A DNA stretch of 61,974 nt from a bacterium. Lineage in GTDB: Bacteria > Patescibacteriota > Patescibacteriia > SG8-24. Below the pieces are notes generated by a model. That model was not told the origin of the DNA and did no database searches. It saw only the letters and a program-made list of their open reading frames with translations. Below are positions 24,005-33,687 of the stretch, piece by piece. Position 1 is the first letter of the stretch. Each line of letters starts with the position of its first letter. Position numbers and translations under genes: made by a program. The DNA is taken from contig JAHFIW010000004.1 in assembly GCA_023246195.1 (NCBI GenBank), forward strand, positions 1 through 61,974, read 5' to 3'.

Positions 24005-24340
24005 TTATGCAGCCACGTCACTGAGAAACGAGACGACGATTGAAACGATAAGGCTGAACAGCAGGGCCCACCAGAAGCCACGAACGCCAAAGCCCGGAAC
24101 GAGCTTGGCCACGAGCAAAACCATCAACGCGTTGATGACGAACAAAAACAAACCGAACGTCAACGCGGTGACGGGAAAGGTCAGCACTATCAATACGGGC
24201 TTGATGAACGCGTTCACCAAACCGAGGACGATGGCAACGACAACGGCCGTACCGTAGCTGTCGACGACGATGCCCGGCAGCAGGTAGGCGGCAACGATGA
24301 CGGCAAGCGTGTTGATGAGGATATTGAGAAGAAGGCGCAT
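24005..24340 (-). CDS. phage-holin-family-4 / DUF360-like four-TM membrane protein
   Basis: 111 aa, MRLLLNILINTLAVIVAAYLLPGIVVDSYGTAVVVAIVLGLVNAFIKPVL..., typical of the YvlD/DUF360 family. Confidence 0.7.
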   Translation of the reverse strand: MRLLLNILINTLAVIVAAYLLPGIVVDSYGTAVVVAIVLGLVNAFIKPVLIVLTFPVTALTFGLFLFVINALMVLLVAKLVPGFGVRGFWWALLFSLIVSIVVSFLSDVAA

Positions 24341-24443
24341 GGGAGGGACGAGAGCTATCCGTGAATCAGGACGTGTTCGGATCGCGAATCATGAAGCTCA
24401 GCAACCCTTAAACCGTGCCTGCAGTATACCGCCTTCGCCACGA

Positions 24444-24472
24444 TAAAAAAACGCCCCGTACATACGGGGCGC
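24444..24472 (-). terminator. intrinsic terminator after the Fic-like gene
   Basis: Stem CGCCCCGT (24452-24459) / ACGGGGCG (24464-24471), then TTTTTTT on the minus strand. Confidence 0.75.
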
Positions 24473-24485
24473 AACGCGTGCGTTT

Positions 24486-25115
24486 TTACAGCTTTTGCGG
24501 CAACGATTCGATCCAACCGTTGGTGCTGCTGAGCGTCAACGGGCATTTGGGATGGGCAATCTTGGCACGCAGATACGCGCGCATGAGGTGGCCGTCCTTC
24601 CACCTGCAGGCCGGATAATACGAACCGTGACAGTCACCGGCGGTGAAGACTGCCGGCGGCAAATCGAAGTACAGCAGCAAGGCGTTGGCATAAAGTCGCG
24701 AAATGCGACCGTCGCCGTCCGTGAACGGACGTGCCTTGAGAAACGCGTGATGCGCGTCGGCGACCAGATCAACGGCAGCTTCCCTGTCGCTCGCGCCGAA
24801 CCGAACAGCAGACACCTTTTGCCGGATGTCGGCCATCGGCAAGGATTCCCGTCCGGATGACGGTGACGTGCCGTCGTCGCGGACGACGCCGTCGAGAAAC
24901 TTGCGTATCAGCAGCTCGTGGGCATAGAGAAGGTCGCTCCAATACGGCAAGTCCCCTTCCTGCACCACGCTTCTCAGATGAAGAAAGGCACCGACATGAC
25001 CTACGCTGGAACGTTCGCACAATAGCTTGCGCGTCTTCCACAACGACCGGCTCCGTTCTCCTTCGATGGCGTCGGATTCCTGAATGAACCACGCGATGCG
25101 ACTCAGGTCGTACAT
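24486..25115 (-). CDS. Fic/DOC-fold protein with a degenerate active-site motif
   Basis: AHHAFLKARPFTDGDGRISRLYANALLL aligns with the Fic core HxFxxxHPFxDGNGRxxR, but reads RPFTDGDGR (His to Arg, Asn to Asp). Start at ATG 25115 with AGGAG 7 nt upstream. Confidence 0.6.
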   Translation of the reverse strand: MYDLSRIAWFIQESDAIEGERSRSLWKTRKLLCERSSVGHVGAFLHLRSVVQEGDLPYWSDLLYAHELLIRKFLDGVVRDDGTSPSSGRESLPMADIRQKVSAVRFGASDREAAVDLVADAHHAFLKARPFTDGDGRISRLYANALLLYFDLPPAVFTAGDCHGSYYPACRWKDGHLMRAYLRAKIAHPKCPLTLSSTNGWIESLPQKL

Positions 25116-25390
25116 GGATGGCTCCTTGGCGCATCGGCCGTTTCGACGGCTTCCGTGCCAGCAAACATCTTGGCGGCAAAGCGTCCGCACGTCAAGAATC
25201 CACGCGGTCCGATAAGGAAACGCCGCCTGCCCGTCAGTCCGCGCGCCCACCCAGGCAAAATGACATTCACTCCACACTTGCCGCCTCAACGGGTATAGTG
25301 AGCGTTGACATTATCTTTGAAACGCGCATGAAAAACCCTTACATTGCAGCCACTCGTTCTTTGCAATCACCGCAGGAAGAAGGAACCGAC

Positions 25391-27241
25391 ATGTCAAAAG
25401 CACCCGCAACAGGCGCCGAAAGCGTCCGCTGGAATTTGTCAGCGCTCTACAAAGGCGTTGGCGACCCGACCATCGATGCCGACGTGACCGAGTGGATCGA
25501 CCGTGCCAAAGCCTTCCACGCCGCCCACAAGGGCAAGCTGGCAGAAACGCTCGGGCAGGCCATTCGCGACTACTCCGAGCTGTCCATGCTGAGCGGAAAA
25601 ACCGGTGCCTATCTGTTCCTGCTCACGAGCGTGAACACCGGTGACGCCGCCGCCAAGGCAAAAATGGCAGAGCTCGACAAGGCCACCAGCCAGGCCAGCG
25701 CCGAGTACCTCGAGTTTTTCACGTTGGAACTCGTGGACTTGGACGACGCCGTCATCGCCGCACAAGCGGCCAAGGATGAGACGGTCAAGAAGCATCTCCC
25801 TTGGCTCAAGCAGGTTCGGCTGTTCAAGCCGCACGTGCTGACCGAGGTCGTCGAGTCGGCGCTCACCAAGCGCTCGCCGTTCGGCGCGGGATCATGGTCC
25901 GAATTCTTCGACGAAGTCGAGGCCGACCTCCGCTTCGCATGGAAAGGCGAAGAGCTGTCCCTGACCGAAATTCTGCACCTGATGACCGAAGACCCTGACA
26001 CGACCGTCCGTGCGGCCATGCTGAAGGCGCTCAACGACGGGCTCGGCGGCATGTTCGCCAAGTACTCGGCGCAGACTCTGTACATGGTGGCCGGTTCCGG
26101 CGAAGTCGAGGACAAGGACCGTAAGTACGCGCATCCGATGGACTCGCGCAACAAGAGCAGCCAGCTGCCCGACGCCGTGGTCGACGCGCTCCACAAGGCC
26201 GTCACCGAGAAGGCCGGGCCGCTTGCCCAGCGCTTCTACCGCCTCAAGGCCGGCATCCTCGGCAAAAAAGTGCTGGCGTGGAGCGATCGCAACGCACCGA
26301 TGCCCTTTGCCGACACCACGGTCATGCCGTGGACCAAGGCCATGGACATCGTGCTTTCCGCCTACCGCAGCTTCAGCCCGACGCTGGCCGCGCTGGTGGA
26401 ACAGAGCGCGGCAAACGGCTGGATCGACGCGCCGGCCATGAAGGGTCGCCGCGGGGGAGCATACAACTATTCGATCTCGCTTCCCGGCAATCTGCCCATC
26501 TCGTTCACCTTCCTCAACTACCTGGGTTCCGGACGCGACATCATGACCGTGGCACACGAACTCGGGCACGGCGTCCACGGGTTGCTGGCGGGCGAAGCAC
26601 AAGGCACGCTGATGGCCCATGCGCCCATCGCGCTCTGCGAGACGGCTTCCGTCTTCGGAGAAATGACCACCTTCAACTACCTGATGTCGGAGCTCGACAA
26701 GAGCGGCGACAAGACGGCCAAGTTGGCGCTGCTCATGGACAAGCTGAACGACATCACCAACACGGTGGTGCGTCAGATCGGCTTCTCCAACTTCGAACGC
26801 CGCCTGCATGGCTGGAACCCCGAGACCGAATCCTGGGGACCCGTCGCCAAGCGTTCAGCCGACGAGATCGACACGCTCTGGCAGGAATCGCTGTATCCGC
26901 TCTACGGCCAGCCCGACGAGGTGTTCAGCTACGAACACACCTCGCACCTGTGGGCCTACATCTCGCACTTCCATCGCCCGTTCTACGTCTACGGCTATGC
27001 CTTCGGCGAGCTGCTGACGCAATCGCTCTATGCGGCCCGTCCTCGCCTGGGCGAAAAGTTCGAGCCGCTGTATCTCGAGATGCTCCGTGCCGGCGGTACC
27101 AAGGACGCAAAGGAACTCCTGGCACCGTTCGGCCTCGATCCCACATCGGCGACCTTCTGGGAGGAAGGCATCAAGGTCAGCATGGAGCGCCTCATTACCG
27201 AGGCCGAAACGCTGACCGAGGAACTGGGACTGACCACGTAA
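25391..27241 (+). CDS. pepF: M3B-family oligoendopeptidase F
   Basis: HELGHGVH zinc motif with a downstream E, and colinear PepF architecture. Start at ATG 25391 after GGAAGAAGGA. Confidence 0.85.
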   Translation: MSKAPATGAESVRWNLSALYKGVGDPTIDADVTEWIDRAKAFHAAHKGKLAETLGQAIRDYSELSMLSGKTGAYLFLLTSVNTGDAAAKAKMAELDKATSQASAEYLEFFTLELVDLDDAVIAAQAAKDETVKKHLPWLKQVRLFKPHVLTEVVESALTKRSPFGAGSWSEFFDEVEADLRFAWKGEELSLTEILHLMTEDPDTTVRAAMLKALNDGLGGMFAKYSAQTLYMVAGSGEVEDKDRKYAHPMDSRNKSSQLPDAVVDALHKAVTEKAGPLAQRFYRLKAGILGKKVLAWSDRNAPMPFADTTVMPWTKAMDIVLSAYRSFSPTLAALVEQSAANGWIDAPAMKGRRGGAYNYSISLPGNLPISFTFLNYLGSGRDIMTVAHELGHGVHGLLAGEAQGTLMAHAPIALCETASVFGEMTTFNYLMSELDKSGDKTAKLALLMDKLNDITNTVVRQIGFSNFERRLHGWNPETESWGPVAKRSADEIDTLWQESLYPLYGQPDEVFSYEHTSHLWAYISHFHRPFYVYGYAFGELLTQSLYAARPRLGEKFEPLYLEMLRAGGTKDAKELLAPFGLDPTSATFWEEGIKVSMERLITEAETLTEELGLTT

Positions 27242-27247
27242 CGAAAA

Positions 27248-27285
27248 ACCGGCTCCGTCGCAATGACGGTGCCGGTCTTTTTTAT
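27248..27285. terminator. bidirectional intrinsic terminator between pepF (+) and the 27294 gene (-)
   Basis: Long stem ACCGGCtCCGTC...GACGGtGCCGGT (27248-27276) with T-runs on both strands. Confidence 0.75.
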
Positions 27286-27293
27286 TCGTTTGA

Positions 27294-28766
27294 TTATTGC
27301 GGCACGACACACGTGCCGTCGCCAAAACAGATTTGCGAACTGCTGCTTGCCAAGGCGACCGCAACGGTCGTCGGACTCATGGCTGAAGACCGGGCAACGA
27401 CCGGCAGCGCTCCCGACGGCGCGTTCGGAGTCGCGAAGTAACCGGCGGCGAACATCGCATACGCATGTTTGAGCTTGGAGACATAGCCGACGGTCTCTTC
27501 GCGCAACGATGCCCGATTCAGCGTGGCGACCGTCGACACGGCCGTCGCCCTCTCACTGCGAAGCTTGGCAATGGTCAACGTGGCGGTCTTCACGTTCTTT
27601 CCCTTACTGACCTGCTTTTGCAGCGCGATTATCCGAGACTTCAATGTCGCCTGCGCAGAATTCGCGGCGGCCAATTGTGCCTTATACGACTTCTGCCAGT
27701 CATCCCCAAAGGTCGTATAGGCCCGTATGACGCGCGTAGAGCCGCCATTATAGGACGCGGCGAGGTATTCAGCGGCCTTAGCCCTGTCCGTGTCGTAGAG
27801 GGCCCTGACGACGGACATGTCCGCCAAGTCACTGTCGATATAGGCAATTTGGGCCTTCACTGCATTCTTGTGGTCGGCCATCCCGGCGCGGAAGTCCTTG
27901 ATCAAGCCAAGGTCGGGACGCGAACGAACCATCATCGCGTACGTGGACGGAATGAACTGCACCAGTCCGGCCGCACCGGCGGAAGAAACGGAGGTGTGAA
28001 ACGCTTCTTCCTGATTTGCCGCAAGATTGACCAAGAAGCGGCCGATCGCGCGATCCTGATCGTCCTGTTTGGTGAGCGAATACGTATCACTGTGTTCGAT
28101 GACCGCGATGGACTTCACCAGATACGGATCGACCACGTCGGCCACCAGTTTATCCGGAAACGCCCGCGACTTGATGCCCTTGGCGCGCAGCTCGTCGTAC
28201 GCGCCCTGAATCATGAAAGAGAGGTAGTCAGAACCTGCCGCCAACATTTGCGGCGTGTAAAAATCAGAAGAGTATGGCACATAGACCAGATCCGTTGCGC
28301 TGTAACTGCTCTTCTTCCTGGAGATGACCTTTTTCGTGACGACCGGATAGATGATGCCGACCACTTCGCTGTTGAGCTCTGACGGCAGCGAGTACTGCGA
28401 CTCGAGCTGACTGCTGTAATCGACCTTAATAGGCAACTTTGGCTCGGTGGTAATCGCCAAACGGGTGCCGGTCTTATCGCCCTCGACAACGGCAATGGCG
28501 TCGGAGTCACGATTCCAAACGGCAAAAGTCACATGAAGAGTGGTGTTGCCGCTGACCTTGTAGGGCTCCGGTCTGGTCTTCAGTCGCTCAACCAAGACGG
28601 AACCCAATATCGCCTTCCCCGCCTTGACCGCATCAAGAGTGGTCATTTTTTTTTGCACGGGAGGAGCATCAACCCCCTGCACTGGCACCGTTTGGGCTGC
28701 CGCTGGCAAAACCAGCGCGAACCAGGCAAATATGGCGGCAATAATGGCAAGGCGCTTGGCAAACAT
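27294..28766 (-). CDS. secreted lytic transglycosylase-domain protein (490 aa)
   Basis: Signal or anchor MFAKRLAIIAAIFAWFALVLPAAA. SLT core SSAGAAGLVQFIPSTY and ASYNGG. Confidence 0.7.
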   Translation of the reverse strand: MFAKRLAIIAAIFAWFALVLPAAAQTVPVQGVDAPPVQKKMTTLDAVKAGKAILGSVLVERLKTRPEPYKVSGNTTLHVTFAVWNRDSDAIAVVEGDKTGTRLAITTEPKLPIKVDYSSQLESQYSLPSELNSEVVGIIYPVVTKKVISRKKSSYSATDLVYVPYSSDFYTPQMLAAGSDYLSFMIQGAYDELRAKGIKSRAFPDKLVADVVDPYLVKSIAVIEHSDTYSLTKQDDQDRAIGRFLVNLAANQEEAFHTSVSSAGAAGLVQFIPSTYAMMVRSRPDLGLIKDFRAGMADHKNAVKAQIAYIDSDLADMSVVRALYDTDRAKAAEYLAASYNGGSTRVIRAYTTFGDDWQKSYKAQLAAANSAQATLKSRIIALQKQVSKGKNVKTATLTIAKLRSERATAVSTVATLNRASLREETVGYVSKLKHAYAMFAAGYFATPNAPSGALPVVARSSAMSPTTVAVALASSSSQICFGDGTCVVPQ

Positions 28767-28952
28767 ATGGTTCGGTATATCGAAAAAACCGCATTCGAGC
28801 AACGGTACCAATCCACAGAGAAGCGTTTCAGTGCTAATCTTGGCTTTTTTGCGTCTCTCACCAGATCCTCCGTAATCAAAAACTCTCCCAACGGGAACCT
28901 CGACGCCCTCGTCCGCCTTGCACCTGTCGCCCCTGCATGCCAAGATTTTTAC

Positions 28953-29765
28953 ATGGCTACCACGCACGAAAAATTCCGATCGTTCATCTCCGTACTCCCT
29001 GCGATCCTCCTCATCGCCGGTTTCGGCTGCACCGTGACGCCAATACCCGCAGCTCCCTCACCGATGCATTCCGCCCGACAGGAACCGCCGGGAACCGACG
29101 CGTCACCGGACATCCGACCTGAAGCGCGCCAGCGCAAAACCATCCGAACCGTGTACCTCACCTTTGACGCCGACATGACCCCGGCCATGAAGAGGCGCCT
29201 CGAGGAAAAGAAGGTTTCCTTCTGGTATGACCAAGGTCTCGTAGACTACCTGCGCAAGGAAAACGTACCGGCCACCATCTTCACCACCGGCATGTTCGCA
29301 GAACTCTACCCCGTGCTGGTGAAGGATCTCGCCGAGGATGGCCGATTCTCCATCCAAAACCACAGCTACGACCACGCCGGTTTCGAAAGCCCCTGCTATG
29401 GCCTGAATGAACTCAGCACCGACGACCAGCGCCGCACCGAAATCACCAAGACGCAAGCCATACTCAAGGCGCTCACCGGTTACGCGCCCACGCTGTTCCG
29501 CTTCCCCGGTCTCTGCAAGAATGCTCACGACGACGCCATCGTCACGTCACTCGGCCTGCAAGTAAACGATGGCAACCTCGTCTCGGGCGATGCCTTTAGC
29601 CACGACGCCGCACGGATTGCCATGCACGTCATCGACACGGCGGTCGACGGCAGCGTGGTAGTGATGCATCTTGGCGGACCAAACGCGACTGCCACGCCAA
29701 GGGCCGTGATGCTGATCGTGCCCGCGCTGCGAGCCAAAGGATTTGTTTTCGAAAAGCTGCCGTAA
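28953..29765 (+). CDS. polysaccharide deacetylase (NodB homology domain) lipoprotein
   Basis: Lipobox LLIAGFGC, TFDAD motif, HSYDH motif, RFPG. Start at ATG 28953; the track ORF extends upstream as antisense to the neighbouring gene. Confidence 0.8.
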   Translation: MATTHEKFRSFISVLPAILLIAGFGCTVTPIPAAPSPMHSARQEPPGTDASPDIRPEARQRKTIRTVYLTFDADMTPAMKRRLEEKKVSFWYDQGLVDYLRKENVPATIFTTGMFAELYPVLVKDLAEDGRFSIQNHSYDHAGFESPCYGLNELSTDDQRRTEITKTQAILKALTGYAPTLFRFPGLCKNAHDDAIVTSLGLQVNDGNLVSGDAFSHDAARIAMHVIDTAVDGSVVVMHLGGPNATATPRAVMLIVPALRAKGFVFEKLP

Positions 29766-29778
29766 AAAACGGCAAACG

Positions 29779-29812
29779 AAAAACGCGGCTCCGCAAGGGG
29801 GCCGCGTTTTTG
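29779..29812. terminator. bidirectional intrinsic terminator between the deacetylase (+) and HU (-) genes
   Basis: Stem AAACGCGGC (29781-29789) / GCCGCGTTT (29801-29809). Confidence 0.75.
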
Positions 29813-29826
29813 TCGACGATTGCGGA

Positions 29827-30108
29827 CTAGAGCACTGCGTCCTTGGCAGCCTTGGCCACGCGGAACTTCACGACCGTCTTGGCCGGAATTTGGATGGTGG
29901 CGCCGGTGGCCGGGTTGCGACCCTGGCGAGCCTTGCGGTGCATCTTCACGAGCTTGCCGAGATCACCGACGGTGAACATGCCGTTCTTCTTCACTTCGGT
30001 AAGGGCGAGTTCGTTGAGCGCCGTGATGAAAGCGGCGGCGTCCTTCTTCTGCATTCCCGTCTTTTCAGCGAGCGCCGAAAGAATCTGTGCCTTGGTCATT
30101 TTGGCCAT
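29827..30108 (-). CDS. hup: HU-family DNA-binding protein
   Basis: MAKMTKAQILSALAEKTGMQKKDAAAFITALNELALTEVKKNGMFTVGDLGKLVKMHRKARQGRNPATGATIQIPAKTVVKFRVAKAAKD, the canonical HU/IHF fold pattern (93 aa). Confidence 0.9.
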   Translation of the reverse strand: MAKMTKAQILSALAEKTGMQKKDAAAFITALNELALTEVKKNGMFTVGDLGKLVKMHRKARQGRNPATGATIQIPAKTVVKFRVAKAAKDAVL

Positions 30109-30206
30109 ATTGGGATGATCCACAATGGAGTTATGCACACAGTATAATTTCTCGACCCCGCACCCGTCAATTTTAGTCAATGGATACGGGGGTCGAAGCA
30201 GCCCGA

Positions 30207-30464
30207 TTACTTTCCTTCCGCCCAAGCCTTCAGCGTCTCGTAATCAGTACCGCCGCAAATGTGCTTGCCGCTTTCGGTGTTGATGAAAAACGGCACGCCG
30301 CCGCACAGTCCGCGATCATATTCTGCCAGTTTTGCCGCGTGAGACGCGTCATGCCAGGTTTCGAACTGTTCGACCGTAAAACCGGCAGCGCGAAGCTGAT
30401 CGACGAGCGGCGCCATGCGAATGCAATGCGGACATTCGGTACCGTAGAATTCCAGAAGGGCCAT
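30207..30464 (-). CDS. small thioredoxin-fold protein (glutaredoxin/Trx-like, CPHC active site)
   Basis: 85 aa. EFYGTECPHCIRMAP and a GGVPFF cis-Pro region. Confidence 0.75.
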   Translation of the reverse strand: MALLEFYGTECPHCIRMAPLVDQLRAAGFTVEQFETWHDASHAAKLAEYDRGLCGGVPFFINTESGKHICGGTDYETLKAWAEGK

Positions 30465-30512
30465 ACGAAAAAATCATTGAATGAAGGCATGGAAATTATA
30501 ATCGCGTGCGCC

Positions 30513-31850
30513 CTACTTGGGAATAGCGTTTCCTGCAGCTTCGGCTCCGAACGGCAGCTTGTCGCTAAACCATGCCTTATCTAGCGGTCGAAAAGCGTAC
30601 AGGGCGCCATTCACGCTTGCGTACACCAGTCCCGGCGCGGGCGTCAGCCAAATATCAGTGCGGGCATGATGGCCCAACGGTCCCCATTCCATAAAGCGAT
30701 ACCAGTTGATGCCGTCCGGCGAAACGATGACGCCGAATGTCGGTACCACCGAATCGACCTCGTTGGCTTCCGTGTGAAAGGCGGCGTAATACACGCCGTC
30801 GACGTTGACGATGCTATAGCAGTAGCCGGCAAAATTGTACGGAGTCGGATTCCAAACCTCCGTGACCGTCCCCTTCCGCACGTCGTACAGGCCGATGCCG
30901 TGCGAATGCAGCTGATCCGGACCAAGCAGGTAGCGATCGCCTCCGGACATCGCCACGTGCGAGGTAAACCCCTCGTCCCAAATCTGCTTCCAAGTATTGC
31001 CGTCATCGGCAGATTCGAAGGCAAACCGCGCCACGTCACCGGTACCCACGACAAGACGGTCGCTCTGCGGATCGTAAATCACGTCGTGAAGGTGACGCAG
31101 CTTGAAACGGTTATCTCCGTCCGCGTAGGGCGCGGCGTACGCGGGAAACAACTTTTGAAAATCCTTCCAAGCCTCCCATGTGAAGCCGTCATCCTGACTG
31201 CGATACAGCACTGCCGTGTTCCAGTCGTGCAACGCGGCATAGACGTTACCCTTGCCGTCATCGGCCATGTTCCAGAACATGCAGGGTGACTCATGCACCA
31301 AGCGCCACGTCTTCAGGCCGTCGCCGGAACGAAACAGCTGACAAGGGTTATCGTACTGCACGTAAATCTCGCCGCGAGAGCCTCCAAAGACGGCAATGTC
31401 ACCTTTGGCAGTCCCGGCAGCCATGACTCGCTCCGGCTTGGCATGCTCCTTGAGCTGCCAGATGGCGCGCATGCCATTCGGTTCCGTCACCGCCATGAAC
31501 AGCGTATACGTGGGCAGGTAAAAGAGCGTCTGATGGATGTCTCCTATGGTATCGGTATACGGCACCTGCTGATTGCCGATTTTCCCGCCACTTAAATTAA
31601 CCGAAGGCGGAGGAAAATACTGATCGGGAATGGGCGCCGCAACTCGGATTTCCGTCGACCTGCCCTCATCTGCCGATTGCGTAGCTGCCTTTTTTATGGC
31701 CTCAGCCTCGGCATCCGTCGTAGCCTGATCGATGTTCGTCACGGGCGGAATAACCTGTTTTTTTGCCTGATGAAGCGTAAAAAAAACACATGCTCCGATG
31801 ACCAAAAAAATCGCTATCGCCAGAAGGGCAGCTCTGAGAGATTTTTTCAT
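30513..31850 (-). CDS. membrane-anchored BNR/Asp-box beta-propeller protein (sialidase/glycosidase-like fold)
   Basis: N-terminal TM anchor. Four Asp-boxes: SGDGLKTW, SQDDGFTW, SADDGNTW, SPDGINW. Confidence 0.7.
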   Translation of the reverse strand: MKKSLRAALLAIAIFLVIGACVFFTLHQAKKQVIPPVTNIDQATTDAEAEAIKKAATQSADEGRSTEIRVAAPIPDQYFPPPSVNLSGGKIGNQQVPYTDTIGDIHQTLFYLPTYTLFMAVTEPNGMRAIWQLKEHAKPERVMAAGTAKGDIAVFGGSRGEIYVQYDNPCQLFRSGDGLKTWRLVHESPCMFWNMADDGKGNVYAALHDWNTAVLYRSQDDGFTWEAWKDFQKLFPAYAAPYADGDNRFKLRHLHDVIYDPQSDRLVVGTGDVARFAFESADDGNTWKQIWDEGFTSHVAMSGGDRYLLGPDQLHSHGIGLYDVRKGTVTEVWNPTPYNFAGYCYSIVNVDGVYYAAFHTEANEVDSVVPTFGVIVSPDGINWYRFMEWGPLGHHARTDIWLTPAPGLVYASVNGALYAFRPLDKAWFSDKLPFGAEAAGNAIPK

Positions 31851-31934
31851 ATGCCCACAGCGTACCACGGCGCCGCATCATCAAGCCAAATAAAAGGGCC
31901 GTCGCAATGGACGGCCCTTTTTACGTTAATCCGG

Positions 31935-32435
31935 TTACTTGGCCGGTTGAGTCGTCGCGTTGACATTGGTCGCGGCACCCTGACCTGGCGCCGGCGGCTG
32001 TCCGGGCGTCCCCGTCCGGACCTGAATCGAATCTGCCGTGTAGCTGCCATCGGTATTGGCCTTGCCCATGACCATGACGGAATCGCCCACGTTGAGCGCA
32101 TCAAGCTGAATCGGTTCCGGCTTGAAGGTCGAAGTGGCCGATGAGATGATGATGATCCTTGATCCGCCATCGCGCGTCTTGACCGTGATGCCGTTGGCAT
32201 CCTTGCTCAGGATGTCACCGCTCACGAAGCCCGCGCCGCCAGCTCCTCCGCCCGCGCGAGTTCCGCCGCGCGCGCCGCCCGCGCCAAACTGTCCAGCACC
32301 TCGTGCCAAGTTAGTACCGACGGCGGCAGACGTTCCTTTTTCGTAGGTCATGCCCCCGTAAAAACCGAGACCGGCCGCGATAACCGCGATGACGACCAGC
32401 TTCGTAATGCTCTTCGTGTCGATTTTTTTCTCCAT
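31935..32435 (-). CDS. membrane-anchored Gly-rich protein with a C-terminal small beta domain (paralog of 36256..36726)
   Basis: TM anchor, Gly-rich stretch (GAGGARGGTRAGGGAGGAG), then GDILSKDANGITVKTRDGGSRIIIIS...LNVGDSVMVMGKANTDGSYTADSIQV. Confidence 0.6.
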   Translation of the reverse strand: MEKKIDTKSITKLVVIAVIAAGLGFYGGMTYEKGTSAAVGTNLARGAGQFGAGGARGGTRAGGGAGGAGFVSGDILSKDANGITVKTRDGGSRIIIISSATSTFKPEPIQLDALNVGDSVMVMGKANTDGSYTADSIQVRTGTPGQPPAPGQGAATNVNATTQPAK

Positions 32436-32463
32436 AGGATGTGACCAGGATAAGGGTTAGTCG

Positions 32464-33687
32464 TTATTCGTACCGCAGCGCCTCGATCGGATTCAGCGAG
32501 GAAGCCTGGCGTGCAGGATACCAGCCGAACAATATTCCTATTCCCGCAGACACGCCGAATGCAAGGGCGACCGACGGCAACGTGACCTGGGCGGCGATCG
32601 AAGCGAACTTCGTCGTCGCCCATGCTATCAGCCATCCGAGCGCCACGCCGATACCTCCTCCCAAGAAGGTGAGCATGACGGCCTCGGCAAGGAACTGGCG
32701 ACTGATGTCCTTACGCTCCGCACCGATGGCCTTGCGCAAACCGATCTCACGGGTGCGTTCGGTGACGTTCGTAAGCATCATGTTCATGATGCCGATGCCT
32801 CCCACCAGCAGGGAAATGCCGGCGATCGAGGCAAGCAAGATGGTGAAGGTGCTGGTGACTGACGTTGCCGCAGCCACGATGTCGGACTGGTTCATCACGC
32901 TAAAGTCCGCCAGCAGCGGGTCGCCGATATGATGCCGGTCGAGAAGCAGTTGCGTGACAGCCTGCTGCGCTGCCGTCATCCCCGAGGCATCGGCTACCGA
33001 GACGCTGACAGTATTGACGTAGACGTTACCCGAAAGGAACCGTTGCGCCGTGGTGATAGGTATGAACACGACGTCGTCCTGATTGCTGAATCCCGACCCG
33101 CCCTTCGCCTTGGTGACGCCGATAATCTTAAACTCTATCTTGTTGATGCGCAGGACTGAGCCGATGGCATCGGTTGAACCCACGCCGAACAGGTCGTCGC
33201 GAGTGGTGGGTCCGATGACCGCGACCTTCGCCAAACTGGTTACCTGTCCCTCGTCTATGAACGAACCCTCGGCAACCTCGACGTTCCGAACGGTAAGGTA
33301 CTCAGGGACGGTCCCGTCTACGCGCGTATTGGTGTTGGTCCCCTTGGCGGTAATCTGGTAACTGCGGGTAACTTCTGACGCAACTGCCTTGATGCCGTCA
33401 AGCTGCCCGATAGCGGCCGCGTCATCGAGCTTGAGCGTCTGGGCATTGCCGCGACCCGCACTCACCTCCTGACCGACGCCCCTGGGAGCGCCCGGCGTGA
33501 CGATAAGGAGGTTGGAACCGATGCCCTGAATGCTTGACTGAATGGTCGCCTGCACCCCCTGACCGATAGCGGTCAGCGCCACCACCGAAGCGATGCCGAT
33601 GACGATACCCAGAATGGTAAGTCCGGAACGAGCCTTGTTCACGGCGACCGCCGAGTACGTCTCATGAAGAAGGTCAGATAGCAGCAT
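32464..33687 (-). CDS. ABC transporter permease, MacB/FtsX type
   Basis: N-terminal TM, MacB periplasmic core, and a C-terminal FtsX four-helix region (GISLLVGGIGIMNMMLTNVTERTREIGLRKAIGA). ATG at 33687; the track TTG lies at 33705. Confidence 0.85.
   Translation of the reverse strand: MLLSDLLHETYSAVAVNKARSGLTILGIVIGIASVVALTAIGQGVQATIQSSIQGIGSNLLIVTPGAPRGVGQEVSAGRGNAQTLKLDDAAAIGQLDGIKAVASEVTRSYQITAKGTNTNTRVDGTVPEYLTVRNVEVAEGSFIDEGQVTSLAKVAVIGPTTRDDLFGVGSTDAIGSVLRINKIEFKIIGVTKAKGGSGFSNQDDVVFIPITTAQRFLSGNVYVNTVSVSVADASGMTAAQQAVTQLLLDRHHIGDPLLADFSVMNQSDIVAAATSVTSTFTILLASIAGISLLVGGIGIMNMMLTNVTERTREIGLRKAIGAERKDISRQFLAEAVMLTFLGGGIGVALGWLIAWATTKFASIAAQVTLPSVALAFGVSAGIGILFGWYPARQASSLNPIEALRYE

Noticed and set aside
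25116-25390. Hidden partner gene (for example a Fic antitoxin) or upstream coding extension in the 275-bp Fic-pepF spacer
   Set aside because: Both track ORFs extend into the spacer, but the extensions are W/C/R-rich and non-protein-like. The only minus-strand ATG-initiated frames I found are about 10-21 codons long and lack a Shine-Dalgarno site.
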